A stretch of DNA of 42,902 nucleotides from Casimicrobiaceae bacterium (GTDB lineage: Bacteria; Pseudomonadota; Gammaproteobacteria; Burkholderiales; Casimicrobiaceae), in assembly GCA_039916265.1 (NCBI GenBank), contig JBDSLT010000123.1:1-42902 (forward strand). The letters run 5' to 3'. Position numbers and translations under genes: made by a program. The notes under the pieces were generated by a model that was not told where the DNA came from, searched no databases, and saw only the letters and a program-made list of their open reading frames with translations. Positions 10,388 through 18,976 of this stretch are shown here, one piece after another. The stretch's first letter is position 1. The number at the start of each line of letters is the position of its first letter.

Positions 10388-11520
10388 GCGTCGCCGCGCC
10401 GCTGTCGATCGCGCATACGGAGGCGTCCACCGGCTGGGGCGGTCAGGAGATTCGGATCCTCACCGAAGCGGCGGGACTCATCGGGCGCGGCCACCGCGTC
10501 GTCGTCTACGCGGCGAGCGGCGCGCGAATCCTCACCGAGGCGCCGCGCTTCGGCGTCCCGGCGATCGCGCTGCCGATCGGCGAGAAGCGCCCGCGCGGTG
10601 CGCGCGCGATGATCCGCACGCTCGCCCGCGAGCGCATCGACGTCGTGAACGCACACAGCTCCACCGACGCCTGGCTTGCGGCGATCGCGTGCCGGTGGCT
10701 CGATCTGCGCCGGCGCGCGCGGCCGGTGCTCGTGCGCACGCGGCACGTGTCGATTCCGGTGCCCAACGACGCGCTGACGCGCTGGCTGTATCGGCGCGCC
10801 ACGCAGCGCATCGTCACCACCGGCGACGCCCTGCGCGAGCAATTGATCCGTCACAACGGCATCGATCCCCGGCGGATCGACTCGGTGCCCACCGGCATCG
10901 ACGCGGCGCGCTTCCAGCCGCGCGAGCGCGACGCGGCGCGCGAAGCGCTCGGCCTGCCGCCGCGCGTCCCGCTGATCGGGATCGTGGCGACGCTGCGAAG
11001 CTGGAAAGGGCACCGGTTCCTGCTCGACGCGCTCACCCGCATGGCGCATCGCGACGCTCGCCTCGCGATCGTGGGCGACGGTCCCCAGCGCGCGGCGCTG
11101 GAGGCCCAGACCGATGCGTTGCGCCTGCGCGAGCGCGTGATCTTTGCCGGACAGCAGGATGACGTCACGCCGTGGCTCGCCGCGCTCGACGTTTTCGTGC
11201 TGCCCTCCTACGCGAACGAAGGCGTGCCGCAGGCGCTGCTGCAGGCGATGTTCGCGGGCGTGCCCTGCGTGACGACGGCAGCGGGCGCGATTCCCGAGAT
11301 CGCGCGCGACGGCGACACCGCGCGCGTTGTCGCCGCGCAGGATCCCGCCGCGCTCGCGAGCGGGATCGACGCGCTCCTCGACGATCCGATAACCGCGGCG
11401 CGGCTCGCGGCGTCCGCGCGCGCCTTTGTCGCCCCGCGTTACGGGCTCGACACGATGCTCGATCGCATGGCCGCGATTTTCCGCCGCGCCGTCGACGAGC
11501 GCAGCGAGGCGTCCGCATGA
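10384..11520 (+). CDS. Glycosyltransferase family 4 (LPS core)
   Basis: GTGA overlap with msbA; GWGGQEIR, HSSTDAW, RTRH, LRSWKGH and EGVPQALLQAM motifs. Confidence 0.88.
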   Translation: MSVAAPLSIAHTEASTGWGGQEIRILTEAAGLIGRGHRVVVYAASGARILTEAPRFGVPAIALPIGEKRPRGARAMIRTLARERIDVVNAHSSTDAWLAAIACRWLDLRRRARPVLVRTRHVSIPVPNDALTRWLYRRATQRIVTTGDALREQLIRHNGIDPRRIDSVPTGIDAARFQPRERDAAREALGLPPRVPLIGIVATLRSWKGHRFLLDALTRMAHRDARLAIVGDGPQRAALEAQTDALRLRERVIFAGQQDDVTPWLAALDVFVLPSYANEGVPQALLQAMFAGVPCVTTAAGAIPEIARDGDTARVVAAQDPAALASGIDALLDDPITAARLAASARAFVAPRYGLDTMLDRMAAIFRRAVDERSEASA

Positions 11521-12128
11521 CGACGATTTTCGACGACGCAGGCGCTGCTTCGATCCGCGCCTTTCACGATGCGCGCGTCGCCGATGTCGACTGGGCGGCG
11601 ACCGCCGCCGCGGCGCACGCCGAGGGCTTGTGGCGCTGGATCGAGACGAACCACCGCTGCAACACGCTCCTCTGGGACGAGGAAGATCGCGCGCGGCGCC
11701 GCGACGTACCCGACGCCGCGATCGCCGCGAACAAGCGCGCGATCGACGGGTACAACCAGCGCCGCAACGACGCGATCGAGAACGTCGACGAGGCGCTCCT
11801 CGGACGCCTCGCCGGCGTGTCGCTGCGTGCGGACGCCTGGCACAACTCGGAAACCGCGGGCGCGATGGTCGACCGGCTGTCGATCCTGGCGCTCAAGTCC
11901 TTCCACATGGAACTGCAGACACGGCGCGCCGACGCCTCGCCGGAACACGTCGCCGCGTGCCGCGACAAGCTCGCCCGGCTGGTCGCGCAACGCGACGATC
12001 TCGCGCGCTGCTACGACGCGTTGCTGGTCTGCGCTCTGGAGGGCCGTGCGTTCTGGCGGGTCTACCGGCAGTTCAAGATGTACAACGATCCCGCGCTCAA
12101 TCCCTATCTGCACGGCGGGCGCCGGTGA
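11517..12128 (+). CDS. DUF4254 domain protein
   Basis: ATGA overlap; LWDEEDRAR, KRAID..NQRRNDAIE, NSETAGAMVDRLSILALK and YRQFKMYNDPALNP motifs recalled for DUF4254. Confidence 0.82.
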   Translation: MTTIFDDAGAASIRAFHDARVADVDWAATAAAAHAEGLWRWIETNHRCNTLLWDEEDRARRRDVPDAAIAANKRAIDGYNQRRNDAIENVDEALLGRLAGVSLRADAWHNSETAGAMVDRLSILALKSFHMELQTRRADASPEHVAACRDKLARLVAQRDDLARCYDALLVCALEGRAFWRVYRQFKMYNDPALNPYLHGGRR

Positions 12129-13381
12129 TCTCGCGTCTCGCGGAGGGAATCCGCTTCCCGGTCGAAGTCACGCTGCTCGGTTGCCTCGCGATTTCCCTGC
12201 CGATGTTCGAGGGCGCGAAGAATGTCTTCTGGGGACTCTACGCGGTCGCGTGGTATTTCAACCGCCTGCGCCCCGGCGTGACGTGGGAAACGCTGGGAGG
12301 CCGCTGGGACGGCTGGGACACGCTGTTCGCCGTGCTGATCGTCAGCGCACCGGCCGGCGCCGCGCTTGCGGGACTGCATCACCAGGAATGGATCGCCTGC
12401 GCCGACGCGCTGCGGATAACGTCGGTCGCGTGGTTCCTGAAGCGCAGCGGCTACGGCGATCAGGAGCGCCTGCGCCTCCACGTGACGATCCAGATCGCCG
12501 TTGTGATCGCCTGCGTGTGGGCGCTCGTCGCGCTCGCCTTCCCGCACACCTACGAGGGCATTCAGCTCCATTCGGTCGGCCACGTGAACCAGAGCGTCAT
12601 CTACATCGTGATCTGCTTCGGCGCGCTGATCGGCGGGGTCGCGGCGTACTGGCGCGTGATGAACGCCGCGTGGCGCAGCGCGGCGATCGGCGCGATCGTC
12701 GTGCAACTGGTGGCGCTGTTCGCTGCCGGCAGCCGCGCCGGCGCGGCCACCGCGATCCTCGGCGCGCTCGCGTTCGGATTGCTTTGGGCGAAGCGCTCGC
12801 GCGGCCCGCTCGTGTGGACTGCGATCGCGGTGCTTGCGTTCGCCGTGCTCGTCTCGACGTTCGACACCGACATGCGGCGCAAGCAGGAGTTCGCGCTCGA
12901 CAGCCCCCACCCGGTGCTGAACGAGCGCTATCCGATCTGGCAGCAGGCGCTCGCTGCGTGGCGCGCCTACCCCGCCTTCGGCGTCGGCGGCGACAACTTC
13001 GGCGACATCTCCGCCGCGCGCGTCGACGCCTGGACGCGCGCAGCAGGTGGCCGCTACGAGGCAGGAGCGTTCGTCCGCAGCTCGCACGCGCATAACCTCT
13101 ATCTCAACACGCTGGCCGAACACGGCCTCTTCGGCATGGCGGCGCTCGTACTCCTGTGCGCGGCGTGGGCGTGGCGCCTGTTTCGCCGCAAGCCGGCGAT
13201 CGGCGATCCGCCGATCGCGTGGCTCGCGTGGAGCGGCGCCGCCGCAGCGCTCGTCGTGACGCTGGGCCTCGGCGCATTCAACACGACGCTGCACGACGAG
13301 CACGGGCTGCTCGCGCTCATGCTGCTAGGGATCTGGCTCAGCGAACGGCGCGGTCGCGCTGCGACTTCACTCCTGCGCTGA
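12125..13381 (+). CDS. O-antigen ligase family (WaaL/Wzy_C) membrane protein
   Basis: GTGA overlap; many TM segments; GSRAG, ERYPIW, FGVG..NF and HAHNLYLNTLAEHGLFG motifs. Confidence 0.85.
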   Translation: MISRLAEGIRFPVEVTLLGCLAISLPMFEGAKNVFWGLYAVAWYFNRLRPGVTWETLGGRWDGWDTLFAVLIVSAPAGAALAGLHHQEWIACADALRITSVAWFLKRSGYGDQERLRLHVTIQIAVVIACVWALVALAFPHTYEGIQLHSVGHVNQSVIYIVICFGALIGGVAAYWRVMNAAWRSAAIGAIVVQLVALFAAGSRAGAATAILGALAFGLLWAKRSRGPLVWTAIAVLAFAVLVSTFDTDMRRKQEFALDSPHPVLNERYPIWQQALAAWRAYPAFGVGGDNFGDISAARVDAWTRAAGGRYEAGAFVRSSHAHNLYLNTLAEHGLFGMAALVLLCAAWAWRLFRRKPAIGDPPIAWLAWSGAAAALVVTLGLGAFNTTLHDEHGLLALMLLGIWLSERRGRAATSLLR

Positions 13382-13432
13382 TGGATTCGTCTCTTCGTCG
13401 GCGCGTCCGGCGTTATGCGCGCACCCTGGATT

Positions 13433-13516
13433 CGCGGGCGTTCCGCTGCCGGGGCGCTGACGCGGGCGCCTGAACACTGAAGCCGGCGGCAGCGCACCGG
13501 CAGCGGAATGCCTGCG
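13433..13516 (+). repeat. Long intergenic hairpin, copy A, with conserved 21-nt apex GGGCGCCTGAACACTGAAGCC (13464-13484)
   Basis: 35-position stem (30 Watson-Crick, 2 G-U, 3 purine-purine mismatches) closing a 14-nt loop GCCTGAACACTGAA; the same apex occurs at 25649-25669. Confidence 0.85.
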
Positions 13517-13561
13517 CAAGCGCCACCGTCAGCGAAACCCGCGACGCGACGCCGTACGCAA

Positions 13562-15472
13562 TCAGCGACGCCGGGGCGCGCGCAGCGGCAACAGCGCGGC
13601 GACTTCGCCGGAGACGGGCTCTTGGGGGAGCGGCTGCACCGGCGCGCCCGCTGGCGGCGCGTACTCGGGGATCCATGACTTGAGACGCGCACGCACTTCG
13701 CCCTCGTCGGCGACGCGATCGCGCTCGCACCACGCGACCATCTGGCCGACCGCATCCCGGTTCGCCTCGCGGGCCTGCGCGATCCGCAGCTTCGGGTGCG
13801 GCGTCGGCTTCGACGCCTCCTCGGAGGCGAGCAGCTCCTCGTAGAGCTTTTCGCCCGGCCGCAGTCCGGTGAACACGATCGCGACCTGGTCGGGGTCGGC
13901 GCCGTAAAGGCGGATCAGGTCACGCGCCAGATCGACGATGCGCACCGGCTCGCCCATGTCGAGCACGAGGATCTCGCCCCCCTTGCCCTGCAGGCCCGCC
14001 TGCAGCAGCAGCTGCGTTGCCTCCGACAGCGACATGAAGAAGCGCGTGATGTCCGGATGCGTGACCGTTACCGGGCCGCCTCGCGCGATCTGCTCCTGGA
14101 AGCGCGGGATCACGCTGCCTGCACTGCCGAACACGTTGCCGAAACGCACGAGCACGAATTGCGTGACGCTGCCCTGAAGGCTCTGGCAGACGATCTCGGC
14201 GAAGCGCTTGGTCGCGCCCATCACCGACGTCGGATTCACGGCCTTGTCGGTCGACACCAGCACGAAGCTCTCGACCTTCGCGGCGACCGCTGCGCGCGCC
14301 ACCACCCACGTGCCGTAGGCGTTGTTCAGCACCGCCTGCCAGGCGTTCGTCTCTTCCATCAGCGGCACGTGCTTGTAGGCGGCCGCATGGAAAATCACGT
14401 CCGGCTTCTCGCGCGCCAAGACCGACTCGACCAGCGCGATGTGCTTGACGTCGCCGACGACCGGCACGATCGGCAGCTGCGGGAACGCGTCCGCCAGCGC
14501 CATCTGTATCTCGTAGATCGCTGCTTCGGAAACATCGAAAAGCACGAGACGCGCCGGGCGGAAGCGCGCGATCTGGCGCGTCAGCTCGGCGCCGATCGAC
14601 CCGCCCGCTCCGGTCACGACGACCACGCGGTTGCCGAGCCATTCGGCGAGGCCGGCACTGTCGAGGACGACGGGATCGCGCGACAGGAGGTCGTCGGCCT
14701 CCACGCTGCGCAGCGCGGTCAGCGACAAACGCCCGGAGATGAGGTCGTCGTATGACGGCACCGTCAGCGCCTCGATTCCCGCAGCGGCGCACTGCTCGGC
14801 GACGCGCCGGCGCACGACGTGGTTCGTCGACGGGAGCGCGATGATCACCTTGCGAACGCCGTAACGGCGGGTCCAGATCGAAAGATCGGCGATCGGGCCA
14901 AGCACGCCCACGTTGCGGATCTGCCGGCCCTGCTTCGCCGCGTCGTCGTCGAGCAGGCCGACCACGCGCCACTGGCGGCTGCGCGCCATCTCCGCGGTGA
15001 GTCGCGCGCCTGCCTCGCCGGCGCCCACGATCAGCACGGGCTCGCCGAGCGCCGCAAGCGGGCTGTAGAGCCGATGCTCCTTCCACACGCGGTAAGCGAA
15101 GCGCGATCCCGCCATCAGGAAGATCAGCACGATCGGGTACATGACGAGCACGCTGCGCGGCACTACGGTCTGCAGCTGGAGCATCACGAGCACGAGCGGA
15201 ATGAGCACAGCTCCGAGTCCCGCCGACACGACGATGCGCTGCAGATCCGTGAGGCTCGCGAATCGCCACAATCCGCGATACAGCCCCAGCGCCAGGAAGA
15301 TGCCCGCCTGCAGCGGCACGATCCATATCAGCGTGAACCATGCCTCGCCGACGTAGGGATCGTGGAGATCGAGGTTGAAGCGCAGCCAGAAGATCGCCAT
15401 CCACGCGAGCGCCGCGGCGCACACGTCGTGCACGAAGGCGAGCGCCGCGCGCCAGTTGAAGCGGGATTTCAT
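13562..15472 (-). CDS. Membrane-anchored nucleoside-diphosphate sugar dehydratase (WbpM/CapD/PglF family)
   Basis: Four N-terminal TM segments; GAGEAG; VTGAGGSIGAEL; HAAAYKHVPLME; STDKAVNP..VMGATK; RFGNVFGS; GLRPGEKLYEEL. Confidence 0.92.
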   Translation of the reverse strand: MKSRFNWRAALAFVHDVCAAALAWMAIFWLRFNLDLHDPYVGEAWFTLIWIVPLQAGIFLALGLYRGLWRFASLTDLQRIVVSAGLGAVLIPLVLVMLQLQTVVPRSVLVMYPIVLIFLMAGSRFAYRVWKEHRLYSPLAALGEPVLIVGAGEAGARLTAEMARSRQWRVVGLLDDDAAKQGRQIRNVGVLGPIADLSIWTRRYGVRKVIIALPSTNHVVRRRVAEQCAAAGIEALTVPSYDDLISGRLSLTALRSVEADDLLSRDPVVLDSAGLAEWLGNRVVVVTGAGGSIGAELTRQIARFRPARLVLFDVSEAAIYEIQMALADAFPQLPIVPVVGDVKHIALVESVLAREKPDVIFHAAAYKHVPLMEETNAWQAVLNNAYGTWVVARAAVAAKVESFVLVSTDKAVNPTSVMGATKRFAEIVCQSLQGSVTQFVLVRFGNVFGSAGSVIPRFQEQIARGGPVTVTHPDITRFFMSLSEATQLLLQAGLQGKGGEILVLDMGEPVRIVDLARDLIRLYGADPDQVAIVFTGLRPGEKLYEELLASEEASKPTPHPKLRIAQAREANRDAVGQMVAWCERDRVADEGEVRARLKSWIPEYAPPAGAPVQPLPQEPVSGEVAALLPLRAPRRR

Positions 15473-16482
15473 CGGGGGGTCGGGAGTCTTCGGTGCCAAT
15501 GATAGTCAATCGCCCGAAACAGCGTGAAGCATACAACGCATGCGAGCAGGAGAACCGCGGATCCCCACGCAGGCGCGAACGCCAGGCACAGCAGCGCCGC
15601 GGCCCCCGACACCGTCATCGCAGCCGCATAAGCGCCAAGCGTGCCGGCGTGGCCGGCGCCCATGCGATGTAAGCGCTGATAGTAGTGCTCGCGATGCGCA
15701 TCGCCGAGCCGCGCACCCCGCGCGGCACGCCGCGCCAGCGTCAGCGTCGCATCGGCGATGAAGGGCAGGAAGACGAGCACCGGGAACCACGCGGGCCACA
15801 GCCCGGTCATCGCGCCCGCCGCGCCGAAGGCCGCGGCAAGGAAGCCGAGCGGCACCGATCCGACGTCGCCGAGGAACATCGTCGCGCGCGGCCGGTTGAC
15901 CGCGAGAAACGGCAGCGTGGCGGCGGCGAGCGCGAAGAATGCCGCCGATGCAGCGCCGCCGACTCGACTTGCCGCTATTCCGTAGGCGGCGAATCCGAGC
16001 AGCGCCATCGTCGCAGCGAGCCCGTCGCTGCCGTCCATGAAGTTGTAGAGGTTGGCTGACCAGGCGATCGCGAGCGTCAGCACGACGACGCTCGCGACGG
16101 CCAGCGGCGTGACCTCGGCCGCTGCGTCGGCACCGCGCCACAGCGACCACGCGCACCACGCAGCGGCCGCGAGATGCACGACGAGGCGCACGCCGGCGCG
16201 CACCGGCCGGGCGTCATCGATGCCTGATACGACGAGGACTGCAGCGAATGCGGGCAGCCAGCCGCCGACGCCGCCCGGGAAGGGCGGCGGCAGCCACAGG
16301 GCGACCGGAAGAAATCCCGCCCAGATCGCGTAGCCGCCGGCCCGCGGCACAGCGCCGGCATGCAGCGTGCGCTCGCTCGGGGTCGCCTGCGGCAGGCGCA
16401 CTGCGGAACGCGACAGCGCGACTACGCTTGCAGTACCGAGCACCAGCGCCAGAACGACTGCGACGAGCGTCGAGGACGTCAT
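15469..16482 (-). CDS. MraY/WecA/WbpL-family polyprenyl-phosphate HexNAc-1-phosphate transferase
   Basis: VPRAGG, SGIDD, NLYNFMDGSDG, MFLGDVGS and AHREHYYQRL motifs; stop overlaps the next start (ATGA). Confidence 0.88.
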   Translation of the reverse strand: MTSSTLVAVVLALVLGTASVVALSRSAVRLPQATPSERTLHAGAVPRAGGYAIWAGFLPVALWLPPPFPGGVGGWLPAFAAVLVVSGIDDARPVRAGVRLVVHLAAAAWCAWSLWRGADAAAEVTPLAVASVVVLTLAIAWSANLYNFMDGSDGLAATMALLGFAAYGIAASRVGGAASAAFFALAAATLPFLAVNRPRATMFLGDVGSVPLGFLAAAFGAAGAMTGLWPAWFPVLVFLPFIADATLTLARRAARGARLGDAHREHYYQRLHRMGAGHAGTLGAYAAAMTVSGAAALLCLAFAPAWGSAVLLLACVVCFTLFRAIDYHWHRRLPTPR

Positions 16483-16634
16483 CGCCGCAGCGCTCGAGAC
16501 GTCGAAGCACCCGCGACAGCAAACGCAGGTGACGAACAGTCAAAGGCACGCTTCAACGGCTTTGCCGCGGCAGTAAACAGAATGAAACAGGCATTCTTGG
16601 CCCATTTGGGCAGCATCTCTGGAAAATGGGGGTC

Positions 16635-16662
16635 ATTATAATTTTAAATCAATATGTTGCAA
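16635..16662 (-). promoter_or_regulatory. Candidate sigma70 promoter for the wbpL/wbpM-like pair, overlapped by an IHF consensus site
   Basis: Minus strand TTGCAA-16 nt-TATAAT; plus strand AATCAATATGTTG (16647-16659) fits WATCAANNNNTTR within an AT-rich patch. Confidence 0.5.
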
Positions 16663-16781
16663 GTCATTCTTAGAGCATGTTCCAGCTCGATTGGCGCGCC
16701 GGATCGAGCGTGCCGGAAGGCGCGCCATGTTGCTCCGGCACAACAGCGCTCGAATGCTCAACAATCGGTCCGCCCCCTTGC

Positions 16782-16811
16782 TTGCCAACGCTTTCGCCGG
16801 TTTGGCACAAT
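16782..16811 (+). promoter_or_regulatory. Candidate sigma70 promoter of the porin gene
   Basis: TTGCCA-18 nt-CACAAT with TG extension; GAGGAG RBS at 16894-16899. Confidence 0.5.
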
Positions 16812-16906
16812 GGGTTGCAACTTCTCGATCGACCTGAGAAGGTTTTCGATGGCAGGCGCAAAAAGTTTGAATCCTTGCCAATTTTATCCGTTAGAGGAGA
16901 GACTCA

Positions 16907-18118
16907 ATGAACAAGAAGCTCGTCGCTGTCGCCGTCGCGGGCGTACTTGCCGCCCCGCTGGCTGCGCAAGCGCAGACCGCGAACGTTACGCTGTACGGTC
17001 GGCTGAACATCGACTATGAGTTGGTGAACGGCCGGCAGGCGAATGGCTCGAACCCGAACGTCTCGCGTTTGAGCTCGAACTCGTCGCGTCTCGGCGTTCG
17101 CGGCGTCGAATCGCTGGGCGGTGGCCTGAATGCAATCTTCCAGATCGAGTCCAACGTTTCCGGCGACACGGGCAACAGCTCGAGTTCCGGCTTCGCAAGC
17201 CGCGATACGTTCGTCGGCCTGCAAGGCTCGTGGGGCACGTTCAAGATGGGCAAGTTCCTGATGCCCTACGACGACCTGCACCCGATTTTCGGTAACGTCC
17301 CGACCTACACGACGTCGATCCTGTCGACGGCCACGTTGTGGGCGAACGGCGCCCAGTCGAAGTTCAACGGCGGTTTCGATGCGCGCCTCGGCAACTCGGT
17401 GCGCTACGACTCGCCGGTGTGGAGCGGCTTCAACTTCAGCTCGCAGGTGTCGATGCGCGACTCGTCGGGCTTTGCCGACAACCCGCCACCCACACCCGCG
17501 ACGAACCCCGTCGTGTTCGGCGGCGACAACGGCGATCACACGCAGGAACTGCGTCACGCTTACGTCTGGGGCGTTGCCGGCTACTACAACAACGGCCCGA
17601 TCCAGGCCGGCGTCGGCTACGAGCACAACAACAAGGTTCGCGGCCCGACCCTCGACGACTGGGCATTCAGCGTCACCGGCGCCTACAACTTTGGCGTCGT
17701 GCGCATCGCCGGTATCTACGAGCGCCTGAACTACGATGTGCTGGCGGGCGGCGACCTCAAGCGCAATTTCTGGGGCGTCAGCGCCACGGCGCCGATCGGC
17801 CCGGGCGCGTTGTACGCGTTCTACGGCGCGGCAGACGACGGCAAGGGCTCGGCGGCGGATGGCCAGCGCGTCGGCGGACTGACCAGGGGCAGCGACACCG
17901 GTTCGCAACAGTGGGAAATCAGCTATACGTATCCGCTGTCGAAGCGCACGCAAGTCTATGCGGGCTACGTCAAGATTCAGAACGACAGCCGGGCCGCGTA
18001 CTCGTTCAACATCAACGGGTATTCGATCAACACCACGTGCGTCACCGATTCCGTCTGCCCGAACGGCGGCAACGGCAAGCCGGGCGGCCTGGTGCTCGGC
18101 ATGATCCACCTGTTCTAA
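16907..18118 (+). CDS. Gram-negative trimeric outer-membrane porin
   Basis: MNKKLVAVAV signal peptide, NVTLYGR, SRLGVRGVESLGGGL.AIFQIE, YPLSKRT and C-terminal GMIHLF (terminal Phe). Confidence 0.95.
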   Translation: MNKKLVAVAVAGVLAAPLAAQAQTANVTLYGRLNIDYELVNGRQANGSNPNVSRLSSNSSRLGVRGVESLGGGLNAIFQIESNVSGDTGNSSSSGFASRDTFVGLQGSWGTFKMGKFLMPYDDLHPIFGNVPTYTTSILSTATLWANGAQSKFNGGFDARLGNSVRYDSPVWSGFNFSSQVSMRDSSGFADNPPPTPATNPVVFGGDNGDHTQELRHAYVWGVAGYYNNGPIQAGVGYEHNNKVRGPTLDDWAFSVTGAYNFGVVRIAGIYERLNYDVLAGGDLKRNFWGVSATAPIGPGALYAFYGAADDGKGSAADGQRVGGLTRGSDTGSQQWEISYTYPLSKRTQVYAGYVKIQNDSRAAYSFNINGYSINTTCVTDSVCPNGGNGKPGGLVLGMIHLF

Positions 18119-18158
18119 GCGGCGTAGATCTCTCCGCCTTAACGGGAGCAAGCCTTCG

Positions 18159-18188
18159 AACGGGCGCCTTCGGGCGCCCGTTTTTTTT
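18159..18188 (+). terminator. Rho-independent terminator of the porin gene
   Basis: AACGGGCGCC-TTCG-GGCGCCCGTT with the stem running into a T8 tract. Confidence 0.93.
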
Positions 18189-18204
18189 GGTATGCGGAGG
18201 GCGC

Positions 18205-18615
18205 TCAGGGCGTCGGTCTCCATACCCGCAGCGAACAATGCGTCGCGGCGAGCATGAAGTCGTTATCCGTGGTGAGCAGCGTAAGCCCGTGTCGAAGGCA
18301 GAGTTGCGCCAGCACGGCGTCGATCGTGCCGATCTGCACGCCCGCGCGCCGACAGCGATTGCGCAGTTCCGCGGCATCGATGTGATCCTGCCGATCCGGG
18401 GGCAGCAGCGGCAGGGCCGCGAAACGGTCAATGATGCCTTTGCGCGCCCGCGGGCCGGCGAAGCCCTGCAGCAATTCCTGCAGGATCAGCCCGGTGGTCA
18501 GGATCGTATCGCCACCTTCAAGCGCGTCGTGTAAGGCGCGCACCTCCGGCGCCGCAGAAGTTCGGTCGCGGCGGAAGGCAAGCGACCAGACACTGGTATC
18601 GACCAAAAGGCTCAC
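18205..18615 (-). CDS. vapC: PIN-domain toxin VapC
   Basis: VDTSVW, LQELLQG, TIDAVLA and TTDNDF supply the acidic PIN residues; overlaps the antitoxin stop (GTGA). Confidence 0.9.
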   Translation of the reverse strand: MSLLVDTSVWSLAFRRDRTSAAPEVRALHDALEGGDTILTTGLILQELLQGFAGPRARKGIIDRFAALPLLPPDRQDHIDAAELRNRCRRAGVQIGTIDAVLAQLCLRHGLTLLTTDNDFMLAATHCSLRVWRPTP

Positions 18616-18812
18616 CGGCGGGAGCGCTCGGCCTTGTAGTCGAACGAATCATCCCACTCGAGCTTGCCCATCAGCTCGATGAGTCTTCGCTGCCCGCGCC
18701 GGGCGATGAATTCTTCCAGGGCGCGGGTCACCGCCGCCTTCTTGGTCTTTTCACCGCTGAGCTTGACGGCGCGTTCGATCAAAGCGGGATCCAGAGCCAG
18801 ATTGGTTGCCAT
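18612..18812 (-). CDS. vapB: VapB-type antitoxin (RHH-like)
   Basis: 66 aa, MATNLALDPALIERA...TKKAAVTRALEEFI...DYKAER; AAGGAG RBS; directly upstream of the PIN gene. Confidence 0.88.
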   Translation of the reverse strand: MATNLALDPALIERAVKLSGEKTKKAAVTRALEEFIARRGQRRLIELMGKLEWDDSFDYKAERSRR

Positions 18813-18859
18813 GTGTTACTCCTTACACATAATATTACACACGTTGCAAGCCACTGCAA
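18811..18859 (-). promoter_or_regulatory. vapBC promoter and probable autorepression operator
   Basis: Minus strand TTGCAG-16 nt-TAATAT; TTACACA at 18823-18829 and 18835-18841 plus inverted ATGTGT at 18811-18816, covering the -10, RBS and start codon. Confidence 0.6.
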
Positions 18860-18976
18860 GACGCGCGCTGTTCTGACCCAGCGTGGTGGCCGCGGTGATG
18901 CGTCACGCCAAGGCGTGTCCAGCGATCAGTTAGTCCCGCGTGCCCTCGAAGGCGCCGGATCGCGGTACGATCGGGA

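Noticed and set aside
13433-13516. Integron attC site, hammerhead ribozyme or intrinsic terminator readings of the conserved-apex hairpins
   Set aside because: No RYYYAAC/GTTRRRY boxes at the stem base and no cassette array; no CUGAnGA/GAAA core with three helices; no U tract on either strand.
16803-16818. TGGCAC...TTGC as a sigma54 promoter for the porin
   Set aside because: GG-to-GC spacing is 11 nt rather than the required 10; better explained as a sigma70 extended -10.
18872-18879. TCTGACCC next to vapB as another copy of the GTAG repeat
   Set aside because: Only an 8-nt match with no partner on the other side of the module; compatible with chance.
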